A stretch of 55,060 bases of DNA from an uncultured bacterium (GTDB lineage: Bacteria > Poribacteria > WGA-4E > UBA9662), in NCBI GenBank assembly GCA_964451145.1, contig CAYVHK010000005.1, positions 1 through 55,060 on the forward strand. Reading direction: 5' to 3'. The notes below the pieces were generated by a model. The model did no database searches and had not been told where the DNA came from. It worked only from the letters and a program-made list of their open reading frames with translations. Below are positions 31,017-42,922 of the stretch, piece by piece. A program made the position numbers and the translations under genes. Every line of letters starts with the position of its first letter. Within the stretch, counting starts at the first letter, position 1.

Positions 31017-32096
31017 CTAAATAGATAATTCATTATCGTCATTGGCAAAAAGCGCTGACACAAAATCTTGAGCTACGAAATCTCGCAAATCGTCTAGCTG
31101 CTCACCAATACCGATTAACTTGATGGGGACACCAATTTCTTGACGAATAGCAATTACGATCCCACCTTTAGCGGTACCGTCGAGTTTAGTCACTGCCACT
31201 CCGGTTACAGGTACAGCTTCATTGAAAACCTGAGCTTGAATAATAGCATTCTGACCGGCAGTACCATCGATAATCAACAACACTTCGTGCGGAGCTTTAG
31301 GGATTTCGCGCGATATGACTCGTCCTATTTTAGCCAGTTCATCCATCAATGGCTTTTTTGTGTGCAACCTTCCAGCAGTATCAATAATTAATACATCTGT
31401 TTTGCGAGATTGAGCTGCATGAAGTGCATCAAACACAACTGAAGCAGGATCAGTACCCTCATTGCTGCGAATCAGATCTGCACCGGTCCGTTCGCACCAA
31501 ATCTGCAATTGTTCGGCAGCTGCAGCTCGGAAAGTATCTGCTGCTGCCACTAAGACTGATTTCCCTTCTGATTTAAATCGGTGGCATAATTTACCTATTG
31601 TAGTTGTCTTTCCTGCACCATTCACCCCCAAAACCAGAATAATATGAGGATTATCGTGGACGGACACTGGTTGATTATCTTGGCCAAGCATGTTTTGAAC
31701 CTGTTCCTTGATTACGGCTTCCAAATCAGCTGATTCATTAATGCTACGTTCCTCAACAATACCCCGCACGTTATTCATCAAAGTCATAGTCGCATTGACT
31801 CCAACATCAGACTGAATCAGAATTTCCTCAATTTCCTCCATCAATTCTTCATCAATTCGGCGACCAATCTGCAACAAACTTTGGATTTGGGTAACTAGGT
31901 TTTTTCGTGTTTTAGATAGACTATCAGTCAGTCGTTGAAACCAACGATGTTTTTGAGGTCTTAGTCCGGTATCGGTTACTGATTTGGGATCGTTGGAGAG
32001 ATTATTAGGCACATCCTCAACTGGAGGTTGCTCTAATGGTAAAACTTCAGATTGATCATCTTTTGTTTTTCGTCGACGGAATAGGTTCTTGAGCAT
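31017..32096 (-). CDS. ftsY: Signal recognition particle receptor FtsY
   Basis: 359-aa ORF: LVLGVNGAGKTTTIGKL, DTAGRLH, TKLDGTAKGG. Basic/acidic N-terminal extension. Confidence 0.93.
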   Translation of the reverse strand: MLKNLFRRRKTKDDQSEVLPLEQPPVEDVPNNLSNDPKSVTDTGLRPQKHRWFQRLTDSLSKTRKNLVTQIQSLLQIGRRIDEELMEEIEEILIQSDVGVNATMTLMNNVRGIVEERSINESADLEAVIKEQVQNMLGQDNQPVSVHDNPHIILVLGVNGAGKTTTIGKLCHRFKSEGKSVLVAAADTFRAAAAEQLQIWCERTGADLIRSNEGTDPASVVFDALHAAQSRKTDVLIIDTAGRLHTKKPLMDELAKIGRVISREIPKAPHEVLLIIDGTAGQNAIIQAQVFNEAVPVTGVAVTKLDGTAKGGIVIAIRQEIGVPIKLIGIGEQLDDLRDFVAQDFVSALFANDDNELSI

Positions 32097-32149
32097 TTAG
32101 GCTCCAAACTAAAGTCTAGTAGGTCTTCCTTAAGATTAGAGAATTTATG

Positions 32150-35100
32150 TTAAACATAGTCGCTTAGTTTAGCCGAAACCAACTTAGAAACACCTGCCTG
32201 CTCCATTGTCGCACCATACATTATATCTGCGGTTTCCATCGTTCTCTTGTTATGGGTGATAATGACAAATTGGGTCTGTTCGGCGTAATTCTGTACTAAA
32301 TTGGTGAATCGGAGGACGTTTGATTCGTCAAGGGCGGCGTCAACTTCGTCCATTACACAAAAAGGACTCGGCTTAATTTTGAAAATGGCAAACAAAAGAG
32401 CGACTGCTACTAGCGAGCGCTCTCCACCGGATAGCTGTGCGATAGTTTGAGGACGCTTACCGGGTGGGCAAGCAATAATATCAACTCCAGCTTCTAAAAT
32501 ATCTTCCTCGTCTGTCAAGCAAAGTTCTGTTTCACCACCATCAAATAATTCAGCAAACACTTTTTGGAAGTTGGTCTGGATTTGAGTGAACGTATCAAGA
32601 AAAGTAGTTTTAGAGGTTTGGTTAATCTTCTGAATAGCTTGATAAGTACTTTCCAATGATTTCTGTAGGTCTTCTCGCTGTGAAACCAAGAAAACTTCTC
32701 TTTCTTTGTGTTCTTGGTAAGCAGAAATCGCCTTCATATTAACCATTCCCATATCCTCAATTTCTTTTTTGAGTGTTTCAATGTGGGAAACTAATTCAAA
32801 ATGAGAAACGTTTTTCGGATCTTCAATCGATGGTTGATCAAGTTTTAATTCCTCTATTTTTACCTGATATTTATCTTGAATATTAGCAGAAATCGCCTTA
32901 ATTTGCATCTGTAATTGTGTCTGTGTAACCTCCATTTGATGCCTGATGCGATTCTGTTTTTCATATTGACGACGCATCTGACGATGTAACTTTTGAGCTT
33001 CAGAAGTAGTCGTCGTTAATTCAGTCTGTTCGAATTCTAATTTCTCGAGCCTTTCAACCACAGTAAACTTGTCTTGCTCTAATTGCAAAAACACTTTCTG
33101 ACCATTTTCAATCTGTTCAGTAATATTTTGCTTAGAAGTTTCGTCTGATTCGATAATTTGCTGTTGTTCGTTAATACTAATCTTAATCTGCGCTTGGTTT
33201 TGATTAATCTGATTCAAAGCGGATTGGAGCGATTGATATTTTTCACGTTTGCTGGCTAATATAATTTCTAATTTTTGTGAGGCTTGATCAACCTCTTGTC
33301 GTTTGCCTCGTTCAGATCCAATCTGTTCAGTCAGACGACTAATTCTTCTGAGCAAAATCTGACGGGATTTTTCAGCCTCCTGAAATTGGATTTGTAGATT
33401 ATCTCTATCAGACGCGAACTCAGTATTCTGTACTTGCAAACCTTTTTCCTGTGAGGTAACTTGTGAAATTTGCTCCCCGATTTCATTTACCCGAGATTGT
33501 GCTTGCGCCAAGTCTTTTTGGTAACCTTGGTATGCGATTTGTAGATCTTGCCATTGAACTGTTAAGGATTGGCGTATCTGTTGCAAATCTGCTGTCTGTT
33601 TGACTACCTGGTTTCGCTTCTTATTTTTTTGCTCAATTCGTTTGGAGAGGCGGTCTATCTGGTCTTGTAATTCTTCCAACTCACGTGATCGGCTCAATAA
33701 ACCAGAAGATTGTCGAGAATTATGACCTCCTGTTACTGCTCCAGAAGTGTTTAGGACTTCACCTTCTAGCGTTACTAAACGGGCTTTGGGTCGATAACGG
33801 CGGGTTAAATCAATAGCGGTATCAAGGTCTTCAACCACCAAAGTATTGCCCAATAACTGATCAATGGCTATTTCATACTTAGTGTCACAACCAACTAACT
33901 CACTAGCTATACCAATGACACCTGCACGTTGCAGTAAGCTATCATCATCAAAATATCGAGGACGTAAAATGTCCAATGGTAGGAAAGTTACTCGACCCGC
34001 CCGTGTACGTTTGAGAAAGTTAATAGCAGTTTTTGCATCATCAGCCGTTTCGGTAATGATATTCTGGATAGCACTGCCTAGAGCTACCTCTATCGCTAAC
34101 TCATAATCTGAGTCGGTGACAATTAACTCAGCTACTACACCACAAATACCACTAAACTCTGCAGGTTCAATTGACTTGGCTTTGAGAATAGCTCGAACAC
34201 CTGTGTAAAAACCTTCATAAGTACTTTGAAGATCTTTGAGCGATTTTAATCGGGACACACTAACACCTAGTGAGTCTTTAATTCCACTAATTTCGCTTTC
34301 TAATTGGCGTAGACTTTTTTGTAAAACTGCTAACTGTTCCACCACTTCTGTTTTTTTTGTATCAACTTTTAATAGGTCAACTTTAGTTTCTTGACCTTGT
34401 TTGTTGGACTCAGAAGCTGTGGCTTTCGCCACTTCTAATGCTTCAGCCAAAGACTCTACCTGCTCCTGAACTTGGTTCAGATGTTCAGTTGAATACTCTA
34501 ACTTACTGTTCAAAGATGACAACTGATTTTCAGTTTGAGATATTTGGTTCGTAGCTGCATAGAGATCAGTTTGGGATTGGCTAACAGATTGTTCTGTATC
34601 TTGAATTCGTTGATCCAAATCGCTGAGAACTCGTCTGCGGGCAGTTAGTTTGCTTTCCTCCAGTTTTAGGTAGACATCTATTTCCGTTTGTTCCTGCTGA
34701 TGAGATTGGCTTTGTTCTGTCAAACCATCAAGCTGTTTCTGGAGAGAAGTAATCGCCTGACTTGCTCTTTGCCTCTGCTGTTGGATGTTGAGTTGTCGTT
34801 CTTTGAAGAGGGCTATTTGACGTTCAGTTTTTTCGATTTTTGACTCAAAATCCCGAATGATAACCGACTCTTTTTTAATATCACACTCTAGTTCGGCTTG
34901 GCGGATTTCTGCTACTTCAACCTGCTGTTCCGTTTCTTGAATAGTCTGATTAGCTTGAGAGGAAGCGATCAAAACATTCTCCAAATTAGCCTGTGTTTCT
35001 GATAATTCTCGAATAAATTGATTATATTCTCGAAAACTAAGATCCACCTCTAATTCTCGGAGTTGGCGTTGTAAGTGTTGATAGCGTTCAGCCTGAATAG

Positions 35101-35725
35101 ACTGTTCTTTGAGATCAGCGGTTTCTCGTTCTAGCTCATGGATAACATCGTTGATACGAACAATATTACCTTCGGTGTCTTCTAGTTTCTTGAGAGCTTC
35201 TTTTTTTCGCTGTTTGTACTTGGTAATACCAGCAACCTCATCAAAAAGGAATCGACGTTCTTCCGGACGTGTGTTCAGGATTTGATCAATTTTGCTTTGC
35301 TCCATAACTGAGTAAGCACTAACACCAATACCGGTATCCATAAATAACTCAGTTATGTCCTTCAATCGACAAGGAATTTGATTAATAAAATAGCGGCTGT
35401 CTCCATTTTTAGACAACTGGCGAGTAATCTCTATTTCTGGTGATTCGAGAGCTAACCTTCCCTCGCTATTGGTAAAACGCAGAGAAACTTGGGCTTTCTC
35501 CGCAGGTTCTAAATTTGAACCACCGTTGAACAGGACGCCCATCATGTTGGGACAACGTAAGGAACGCGCTCGTTGCTCACCCAAAACCCAACGTATTGCA
35601 TCAGAAACGTTACTTTTTCCACATCCATTGGGGCCAACAACTGCAGTGATGCCAGGTTCTAGCAGGAGTTCAACTGAATCGGCAAAACTTTTGAAGCCCT
35701 GGATCTGAATGCGATTGAGATGCAC
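32150..35725 (-). CDS. smc: Chromosome partition protein Smc
   Basis: 1191-aa ORF: Walker A GPNGCGKSN, long coiled coils flanking a hinge (GVVAELI...VALGSAIQNII), signature LSGGERSLVAVALLFAIF, Walker B FCVMDEVDAALD. Confidence 0.95.
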   Translation of the reverse strand: MHLNRIQIQGFKSFADSVELLLEPGITAVVGPNGCGKSNVSDAIRWVLGEQRARSLRCPNMMGVLFNGGSNLEPAEKAQVSLRFTNSEGRLALESPEIEITRQLSKNGDSRYFINQIPCRLKDITELFMDTGIGVSAYSVMEQSKIDQILNTRPEERRFLFDEVAGITKYKQRKKEALKKLEDTEGNIVRINDVIHELERETADLKEQSIQAERYQHLQRQLRELEVDLSFREYNQFIRELSETQANLENVLIASSQANQTIQETEQQVEVAEIRQAELECDIKKESVIIRDFESKIEKTERQIALFKERQLNIQQQRQRASQAITSLQKQLDGLTEQSQSHQQEQTEIDVYLKLEESKLTARRRVLSDLDQRIQDTEQSVSQSQTDLYAATNQISQTENQLSSLNSKLEYSTEHLNQVQEQVESLAEALEVAKATASESNKQGQETKVDLLKVDTKKTEVVEQLAVLQKSLRQLESEISGIKDSLGVSVSRLKSLKDLQSTYEGFYTGVRAILKAKSIEPAEFSGICGVVAELIVTDSDYELAIEVALGSAIQNIITETADDAKTAINFLKRTRAGRVTFLPLDILRPRYFDDDSLLQRAGVIGIASELVGCDTKYEIAIDQLLGNTLVVEDLDTAIDLTRRYRPKARLVTLEGEVLNTSGAVTGGHNSRQSSGLLSRSRELEELQDQIDRLSKRIEQKNKKRNQVVKQTADLQQIRQSLTVQWQDLQIAYQGYQKDLAQAQSRVNEIGEQISQVTSQEKGLQVQNTEFASDRDNLQIQFQEAEKSRQILLRRISRLTEQIGSERGKRQEVDQASQKLEIILASKREKYQSLQSALNQINQNQAQIKISINEQQQIIESDETSKQNITEQIENGQKVFLQLEQDKFTVVERLEKLEFEQTELTTTTSEAQKLHRQMRRQYEKQNRIRHQMEVTQTQLQMQIKAISANIQDKYQVKIEELKLDQPSIEDPKNVSHFELVSHIETLKKEIEDMGMVNMKAISAYQEHKEREVFLVSQREDLQKSLESTYQAIQKINQTSKTTFLDTFTQIQTNFQKVFAELFDGGETELCLTDEEDILEAGVDIIACPPGKRPQTIAQLSGGERSLVAVALLFAIFKIKPSPFCVMDEVDAALDESNVLRFTNLVQNYAEQTQFVIITHNKRTMETADIMYGATMEQAGVSKLVSAKLSDYV

Positions 35726-35930
35726 AAATTACTCCTTAAAGCAAGTTGAATTATATGGTTAATTTAGGCGGGCTAATTGTGAGAAGACCAACCTCTCGGC
35801 AGTTAACGAAACAATAGTAGAACTCGTTTCATCAAAACGTCACAATACAATGAGACAATAGAGTGCTAATCACACCAAGTCTATTATCTATTAACGAGAA
35901 TACATTTTGTTTTTGAGAAGTTAGTATTAT

Positions 35931-38900
35931 TTACTGCCAGCCGTAACCGTAAGACTTACCAGTTATTTGGTACAAGGCTTGAGCAACTTTGAAGTGCAGA
36001 ATTGCATTCTTAGTTTGGAGTAACGGCTCGATGGATGGCATGCTTTCACGGGCATTCAAACTGACTAACGTTTCGACTAGAGTAGTCTGTACATCGGCTT
36101 GGCTTTCTTTTTTGATTTGGTTAACCAAAGCCGGAATTGTCGACGGATCTTTGATATTGGCTAATGCGTTAATAACGTCCAGCCGAATTTCATAATCAAC
36201 ATCATTTAATATAGGAATTAGACTGGACAATGCGTTCTTATCACCTAGTAAACCAATAGCTTCGATCGCTTTTCTTCTAACATCTTTATCTTGTTCAGGT
36301 CCGATTTTACTGGTCAAAAGAGATAAAAATTGTCGCTCTCCAGAACGACCAATGGCTAGGATAGCCGAGAGATTGTCGGTTTCTAACAGTTGATTCAATT
36401 TTGTTCTAGCCAATTTGCTTCGTGAACGGCCAAGAGCTAAGATTGAATGATGACGAATCACATCACTTTCCCAACTATCATCTACTCGCTGGGTGATCTG
36501 TTCATCAATTTTACTAGGCAAGTCAATAGACTGTGCGGCTACTACGAAAGTTTCCCAAGTGTAGTTTCGCCTTACTAAATCTATGTCAATTTCAATGTCG
36601 TATTCAGTAACATCAATCAACCGTTCTGCCAATACAGCCGCCGTCGCTGAGGTACCCAATTCAGCCAAAGCCAAAGCTGCATTTTGTCGAGCGATTGGTG
36701 TTGCTCCACGATCTTGCACAATATCTGCAAAATCGTCAGAGAATTGACTAATTCCTAGTTTTCCTAGAGCTATGATTGTAGCTTCATAAATTTCGCCTGT
36801 TTCGTTTTGAAAAATTGACGTAAGCATTGTGACAACCGATTCATTCGCTGAATTACCTAAATAACCAAGAGCCTCCACACCAATCAGGCGGAGTTCTAAA
36901 GAAGATTGTTGATCATTAACCAAAGACAAAATGGGTTGAATGGCTTTTTTAACACTCATCGCTTGAAGGGCAGTAATTGCTGATTGTTTAATTTCTGACC
37001 CAATATTATCGTCACTGAGAAAACCCAACATTTTTTTTATAGATTTTTCGTAACGTAATTTACCCAAGGAGCGAATGGCACTAGCTCGAATTGATTTTGA
37101 TTCATCTTCAGAATTCACAATTTCCAACAAATGGGAAGTTGCGTCTCGATTGTTAAAATTGCCAATCAATGAAACCGCCGTTTTTCGAACCCGGTAGTTT
37201 GAGTTATTGATTTCTTCTAAGACCGCAGTGAACCCCTCAGGATTTCCTAATCTTCCAAGGGTAGAAATGATTGCCCATTTTACCCATTCATTATCATTAG
37301 CTATTGGGCCCTTGTTAGCCTTTGACAGTTCCAAGGCCGTATGATCCCCTCCGTCTTGAACCAAAGCATTCATCACAGCTGTTTGAATCGAAGCAACCTC
37401 TTTTTCATCGTCTTCAAAAGAGCCTATGCCTTTTTGTAAAACTTTCACTAATTCTTGGTCGGCCGAAGTCGTTTTACCGAAGGTCGCTAAGGCTTCAACT
37501 GCCCGAGTACGAGTACTTTCGAATTCATCTTCGTTTAAAGCCTTAACTAAAATCCTGGTTACTTTTTCGCTCTTTTCTATTTTTCCCAGAGCAGTGGCGG
37601 CAGCTTGCCTAACTAAGCCTTGCTTATCTTCTCCCAACGATTGCGTCAGGGCTTTGATAATCTGCTGATTCTGGTCGCTCCGGTTTTCACCAATAAGACC
37701 AAGAGCAACTGCGGCATTAGCTCGAACTGTCGCACGTTCGTCTCCATTCTTATAATGTAGTGATTCGATCAGTTCAGCAACAATATTTTGACCAATATCA
37801 GTCTGTCGAATCCGTTTACCAATCTTACCTAGTGCTACCATCATCTCACTTCGTATTAGGCTTGGTACTGGTTTGATTTTTCCCCAAGATTCGTACTGCG
37901 GTTTCCTAAAATGTTCACTATTTGGCAACCACTCTACTCCTAGTTTGTCAATAGCATCACTTAAATTGGCGTAGGTACGATACTCCCGTTTCATGTGACG
38001 ACGTAATTTATTGGGATCGTCAAACCGCGTATTAACCCCCCACAACATTGCAATCGCAGTGGCTGAATTGGTTACGTTGTTCTCTATTTTCCCTAAGGCT
38101 AATACTGATGACTTACGAAGTTCAAGGCTCGTAGCATCATTCAAAGCTAACCTTAATAACGGTTGGATAGCCTCAGTCAATTTCAATTCTCCAATTGCAT
38201 TGATGGCTGTTTTTCGCACTGCATCCCGAACACCTCGAACATTTTCGGCCGTACGGATCAATTGGCTATTTACAGTGGGATTATCCTTAATTTTTATTTT
38301 CCCCAGAGCAATTGCTGCTTGAGTGGCAGTTGTGTCATCCAACCCCAGTGCATACCCTAATGCTTCAATGCCTCTTAAGTCTCTACCTCGTGATAAAGTA
38401 TTACCTATAAACTGAGTGGCAATCCCTTGAATTTCCTTAGGAGTATTTATGTTTAACAGTAGATCTATTAGAGGTTCTGTCGCTCTCAAGTCCTTTATAC
38501 TTAATAAGGTCCTAGCAGACTCAATTCGGATAGTGGAATTGGCATTTTCATTTTGGCTAGTTTGGATTAGTTTAGGCACTGCCACTCTGCCCATCGAAAT
38601 CAGCGCATTTTGAGCCGCACCCTTCAGTTCATCGTTAGCTAATAGCTGAATCAGGTTATCAATTACTGACTTATTTTTCAATTCTCCGAGGATTTGTAAC
38701 ACCGATTGTTGTACAATATTCCTCCTATTGTTAACTCGGGTATCATCAATAAAAGCGTTAGCAATAAATTGATGCTCGCCAACTGAAGCACCAACAATAT
38801 TTTTTCCGTCTTGGTCTAGTGTTTGAACAAGATGTGGAATTGCGGATTGACCGATTCGTTTTAATGCACGAGTTGCGGCTGATTTGGCGTAACTATCACT

Positions 38901-39788
38901 ATCAGCAAGTAGATACATTAAATCAGCTATGGCCGATTTAGCATTCAACTGGTGAACAAGTTTAGCTGCGTGCATTCGCACAATAGCTGAGTTGGTTTGA
39001 ATCGCAATTTTTAAGGCTGGCACTATTTTTGTAGTGCCAATTTTTTCCAAAGCGACAATAGTAGCATAGAGAACCTGAGTTGGTTCTTCCTTGGTTGCTA
39101 AAATTTGGGTGAAAATCCCAACCAATTTTCTATCTTTGAGATTGCCAAGATGCGTGATGGCATATTGCCGAACTTCGGCTGTTGTTTTTGAAGATAAAAC
39201 ACTCAGTAATCCAGTTTTAGCACGGATGCCGAATTGACTGATAGTATGGAAAGCTAACTTTTTGGCTTGACCATCGTAACACCGCTGAGCTTCTAACAAT
39301 ACTTGTAATATTAATGGATCGATCTCTGATCCTATATCATTATTAGAAAAAACGTCAGATAAACCATAAGCTATCAGGCTATAAACTGAGTTTTGGCTAC
39401 GGATCAGCATGTCTAGACTGTCAAGTTGGTCTGAATCAGGGTCTTCAGTCGCCTTTAGTTGCTCAATTTCTGTCTTTACCTCTGATAATATTTTTTGTAC
39501 TGTACTAATAGTCTTCTGCCACTGGTGTATATCTGTTGTCCAATTGCTACCAGAATGAAGTGCAAATAACTTTTTCAAGCACTTGGCTTCTATTAAATCA
39601 GGAACGGAAGTCAGTGCCGAATCTATAGCTTTTTTGGCAACCGCATACTTCGCTTGGCCTGCATCGCTATTATTAGCAGAGAAAATGGCTTGTCTGGCAA
39701 CTAAAATATCCTGATTTTCCTTATCAGCACCACAACCGAAGAAAACAACACTAATGCAAAAAATGCTCAATAAACCATACAGTTTCAA
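35931..39788 (-). CDS. Very large HEAT-repeat (PBS-lyase-type) lipoprotein
   Basis: 1285-aa ORF with lipobox VVFFGCG and dozens of degenerate repeats of about 30 aa of the type VRxxAaxALGxIGxxxaixxLixxL (e.g. VRMHAAKLV, ATRALKRIGQSAIPHLV, VRANAAVALGLIG, VRQAAATALGKIE, IRASAIRSLGKL). Confidence 0.75.
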   Translation of the reverse strand: MKLYGLLSIFCISVVFFGCGADKENQDILVARQAIFSANNSDAGQAKYAVAKKAIDSALTSVPDLIEAKCLKKLFALHSGSNWTTDIHQWQKTISTVQKILSEVKTEIEQLKATEDPDSDQLDSLDMLIRSQNSVYSLIAYGLSDVFSNNDIGSEIDPLILQVLLEAQRCYDGQAKKLAFHTISQFGIRAKTGLLSVLSSKTTAEVRQYAITHLGNLKDRKLVGIFTQILATKEEPTQVLYATIVALEKIGTTKIVPALKIAIQTNSAIVRMHAAKLVHQLNAKSAIADLMYLLADSDSYAKSAATRALKRIGQSAIPHLVQTLDQDGKNIVGASVGEHQFIANAFIDDTRVNNRRNIVQQSVLQILGELKNKSVIDNLIQLLANDELKGAAQNALISMGRVAVPKLIQTSQNENANSTIRIESARTLLSIKDLRATEPLIDLLLNINTPKEIQGIATQFIGNTLSRGRDLRGIEALGYALGLDDTTATQAAIALGKIKIKDNPTVNSQLIRTAENVRGVRDAVRKTAINAIGELKLTEAIQPLLRLALNDATSLELRKSSVLALGKIENNVTNSATAIAMLWGVNTRFDDPNKLRRHMKREYRTYANLSDAIDKLGVEWLPNSEHFRKPQYESWGKIKPVPSLIRSEMMVALGKIGKRIRQTDIGQNIVAELIESLHYKNGDERATVRANAAVALGLIGENRSDQNQQIIKALTQSLGEDKQGLVRQAAATALGKIEKSEKVTRILVKALNEDEFESTRTRAVEALATFGKTTSADQELVKVLQKGIGSFEDDEKEVASIQTAVMNALVQDGGDHTALELSKANKGPIANDNEWVKWAIISTLGRLGNPEGFTAVLEEINNSNYRVRKTAVSLIGNFNNRDATSHLLEIVNSEDESKSIRASAIRSLGKLRYEKSIKKMLGFLSDDNIGSEIKQSAITALQAMSVKKAIQPILSLVNDQQSSLELRLIGVEALGYLGNSANESVVTMLTSIFQNETGEIYEATIIALGKLGISQFSDDFADIVQDRGATPIARQNAALALAELGTSATAAVLAERLIDVTEYDIEIDIDLVRRNYTWETFVVAAQSIDLPSKIDEQITQRVDDSWESDVIRHHSILALGRSRSKLARTKLNQLLETDNLSAILAIGRSGERQFLSLLTSKIGPEQDKDVRRKAIEAIGLLGDKNALSSLIPILNDVDYEIRLDVINALANIKDPSTIPALVNQIKKESQADVQTTLVETLVSLNARESMPSIEPLLQTKNAILHFKVAQALYQITGKSYGYGWQ

Positions 39789-39871
39789 TGCGAATCCTCT
39801 TTTTTTAGCTTCTCAAGTACCTAAAAACACTTGCCAATTCGTTTTTTTTAGACGGAAAATTGTTCTAGATT

Positions 39872-42800
39872 TCAAGCTGAACTCTTCTGCGTAATGACGA
39901 GTTCTCTTAGATCACAGATAGCGTAAATGTAGCTAGCAATTTCCGACAGTAAAGCCAAGCGGTTCGTTTTTATTGCTTGGTCGTCAGTCATGATCAAGAC
40001 TTGATCAAAGAAGTGATCAATTTCTGGCTGTAGCCGAACCAGCTCCTCAAGCAGTCTATCATACTCGCCATTTTCGTTCAAGTCAGCCATTTGTTTTGAA
40101 GTGGACAGAAACAAATGGCCAAGTTTTTGTTCTGCTTCGTCCTGAAACAGCTGTGTTTTGATTTCCTTTTTGACAGTTGAAGAATCTCGATTAGGAAGAA
40201 TCCGTAGAACGCGATTAAACGCTGGATAAATCTGATTAAAATCATCCCGATTACGAAAAACCTGAACCAGTTTTGCCCTTTTCTCAATGTCCCTTACATC
40301 GAATTGTTGATCACTATTTAACACAGATAATGTTGCATTGACTTCATCATGGGCTAAACCTTGATCTTGGAGTAAAACTTCGAATCGGCCCTTTAAAAAA
40401 TTGAAGACTGCCGTTTTAGTATCTTCAGCTAATTCAGTTTGATTATCAAAATAGCCTTTGATGGTTTTTTCGATTACGCGATTCAAATCTATTGGTAACT
40501 GGTAGTTTTGTAAAATTCGCAGAATACCAATGGCCTGCCGACGCAGTGAATAGGGATCTTGTGAACCTGTAGGCCGTTCATTAATACCAAAATACCCTAC
40601 GATTGTATCCATCTTATCGGCAATTGAAACAACCATTCCGATTCGCGACTGAGGGAGATTGCCTTCAGAAGAAATTGGTTGATAATGCTGTTCAATCGCT
40701 GTTGCAACATCATTCGATTCACCGCTAGCTAAAGCATAATATTTGCCCATTGTACCTTGCAAAGAAGGAAAGCCAATTACCATCTGAGTTGTCAAATCAA
40801 TCTTGCATAGCTTTGCTGTTCTTTGTATTGATTTTTGCTCGGGCAAACTTAAATCCATTTGTTGAGCAATATAATCAGCCAACTGTTGTATCCGTTCTGA
40901 TTTTTCGTGTAATGAGCCCAGTTGAATTTGAAAGGTGACATTTTTGAGCTGATTGGCCCTATCCACTAAAATCGATTTTTGATCTTCTTGATAATAGAAC
41001 GCTGCATCTTCTAGTCGAGATCTCAAAACCCGTTCGTTTCCCTGACGAATAACAGACAGGTTACCTTCTGAGCCATTGGAAATAGTGATAAATTTGGCAA
41101 TTGGAGTACCATCGACTTTTAACATAGGAAAATAGCGCTGATGCTTTTTCATATAGGTTGTCAAGACTTCAATTGGTAAAGCAAGATGTTCTGGATCAAA
41201 AGTACCCATTATGGCTTGTGGGTTTTCAACCAAATAATTAATCTCAGTTAGTAGATTTTGATCACATTTGGTCGAACATTTTTCTTCAAATAGAATTTGC
41301 TCTACCTTTTTTTGTATATGAGCACGACGATGGTTTTGATCGACCAAAACATTAGCAACACAAAGTTGTTTGACATATTCGTCCAGATCCGCTGACATCA
41401 ATCTGATCGGTTCGGGATTAAGTGAACGATGACCATAAGTGATACGATCAGATTTTAATTTGTCCAAATTAAATGATACAATTTCTGAACCAAGCAATAC
41501 AACCAACCAACGAATCGGTCGAGCAAAGCGCAAATTGTTCCAGCGCATAGTTTTAGGGAAATTTAGATCATGAATCCAATCTGGTACTAGTTGTGCCAAG
41601 ATCTCATTTGCTGTTCTGCCCTTTTCTAATTTCGTTGCGGAGATATATTTGCCACGGTCAGTTACGACTATTTTCAATTCTTTCACAGGCACCCCTTGTG
41701 ATTTGGCAAATCCAATGGCTGCAATGGTTGGATTACCTTCGCTATCGTAAGCTATCTTCTCAGGTGGGCCAGTAACCTCAATTGTTTCATCGGTCTGAAA
41801 AAGATCGATATTTTTGATCGTCAGAGTTAGTCGCCTTGGCGTACCTAATGTTTTCAGTTCCTCAAACGATAACCGGTTTGCAATTAAGGCAGATTGAGCC
41901 AGATTAGCTAATTGTTCTAGAGCTGGTTGGATATAACCAGCCGGAATTTCCTCAGTACCTATCTCAAGCAGAAAATCTTGTCTTTTGCTAGAATTTTCAT
42001 TTGTAGCTCGGGTTGTTAGGACTGGGGCTTCACTGTCTCTCGAAACTGGATTAGCAGGAACAAGCAGTGGGTGGTTAAGATCATGACGTTGTTCAACATA
42101 GGCCCGAGCCGTTTTTTGCGCTAGTCGTCGGACTCGCTCGATATAGCCAATTCGTTCAGTCACACTAATAACACCTCGTGCATCCAGTAGATTGAAGGCA
42201 TGAGATGATTTTAAAACATAGTCAGTTGCTGGCACCACCACACCTTTGTCTAAGCAGGAAAAGGCTTCAGTTTCATAGACATCAAACAAATTTAATAGTA
42301 TGTCAGTATTAGCGTAATCGAAGTTGTACTTTGAATATTCGACTTCAGCTTCATAATGAACATCTTTGTATTTAAGTTGATTATTCCATTGAATTTCATG
42401 GAACGAAGACACATTTTGCAAATAGAGCGCAATACGTTCTAAGCCGTAAGTTAGTTCAGCTGAAATCGGGTTTAATTCCAAGCTTCCCATCTGTTGGAAA
42501 TAGGTGAACTGGGTAATCTCAGCCCCATTCCACCATACCTCCCAACCCAAACCAGAAGCACCCAAAGTTGGAGACTCCCAGTCGTCTTCCACAAATCGAA
42601 AGTCATGTTGACGAGGATCAATACCTAAACATTTTAAACTTTCCAAATAGAGATGTTGCACATCCGTTGGAGCTGGCTTTAGTAAAACCTGATATTGATA
42701 ATAAGCTCCCCAACGGAAGGGATTTTCACCGTATCGTCCATCGGCTGGCCTGCGACAGGGTTCTACGTAGGCAACTTGCCATGGTTCTGGCCCCAAACAA

Positions 42801-42922
42801 CGCAAAAAGGTGGCTGGGTTGAAAGTGCCAGCTCCAACCTCAATGTCGCAGGGTTGTTGAATTAGACAGCCGTGATTGGCCCAAAATTGTTGTAGCTGAA
42901 AGATAATTTCTTGAAAAGTCAT
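39872..42922 (-). CDS. glyQS: Glycine--tRNA ligase, fused alpha-beta (GlyQ-GlyS) polypeptide
   Basis: The first ~290 aa are GlyQ-like ([84 protein letters not shown]). After a linker of about 40 aa comes the GlyS-like part ([14 protein letters not shown]...). One 1016-aa ORF with no internal stop. Confidence 0.9.
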   Translation of the reverse strand: MTFQEIIFQLQQFWANHGCLIQQPCDIEVGAGTFNPATFLRCLGPEPWQVAYVEPCRRPADGRYGENPFRWGAYYQYQVLLKPAPTDVQHLYLESLKCLGIDPRQHDFRFVEDDWESPTLGASGLGWEVWWNGAEITQFTYFQQMGSLELNPISAELTYGLERIALYLQNVSSFHEIQWNNQLKYKDVHYEAEVEYSKYNFDYANTDILLNLFDVYETEAFSCLDKGVVVPATDYVLKSSHAFNLLDARGVISVTERIGYIERVRRLAQKTARAYVEQRHDLNHPLLVPANPVSRDSEAPVLTTRATNENSSKRQDFLLEIGTEEIPAGYIQPALEQLANLAQSALIANRLSFEELKTLGTPRRLTLTIKNIDLFQTDETIEVTGPPEKIAYDSEGNPTIAAIGFAKSQGVPVKELKIVVTDRGKYISATKLEKGRTANEILAQLVPDWIHDLNFPKTMRWNNLRFARPIRWLVVLLGSEIVSFNLDKLKSDRITYGHRSLNPEPIRLMSADLDEYVKQLCVANVLVDQNHRRAHIQKKVEQILFEEKCSTKCDQNLLTEINYLVENPQAIMGTFDPEHLALPIEVLTTYMKKHQRYFPMLKVDGTPIAKFITISNGSEGNLSVIRQGNERVLRSRLEDAAFYYQEDQKSILVDRANQLKNVTFQIQLGSLHEKSERIQQLADYIAQQMDLSLPEQKSIQRTAKLCKIDLTTQMVIGFPSLQGTMGKYYALASGESNDVATAIEQHYQPISSEGNLPQSRIGMVVSIADKMDTIVGYFGINERPTGSQDPYSLRRQAIGILRILQNYQLPIDLNRVIEKTIKGYFDNQTELAEDTKTAVFNFLKGRFEVLLQDQGLAHDEVNATLSVLNSDQQFDVRDIEKRAKLVQVFRNRDDFNQIYPAFNRVLRILPNRDSSTVKKEIKTQLFQDEAEQKLGHLFLSTSKQMADLNENGEYDRLLEELVRLQPEIDHFFDQVLIMTDDQAIKTNRLALLSEIASYIYAICDLRELVITQKSSA

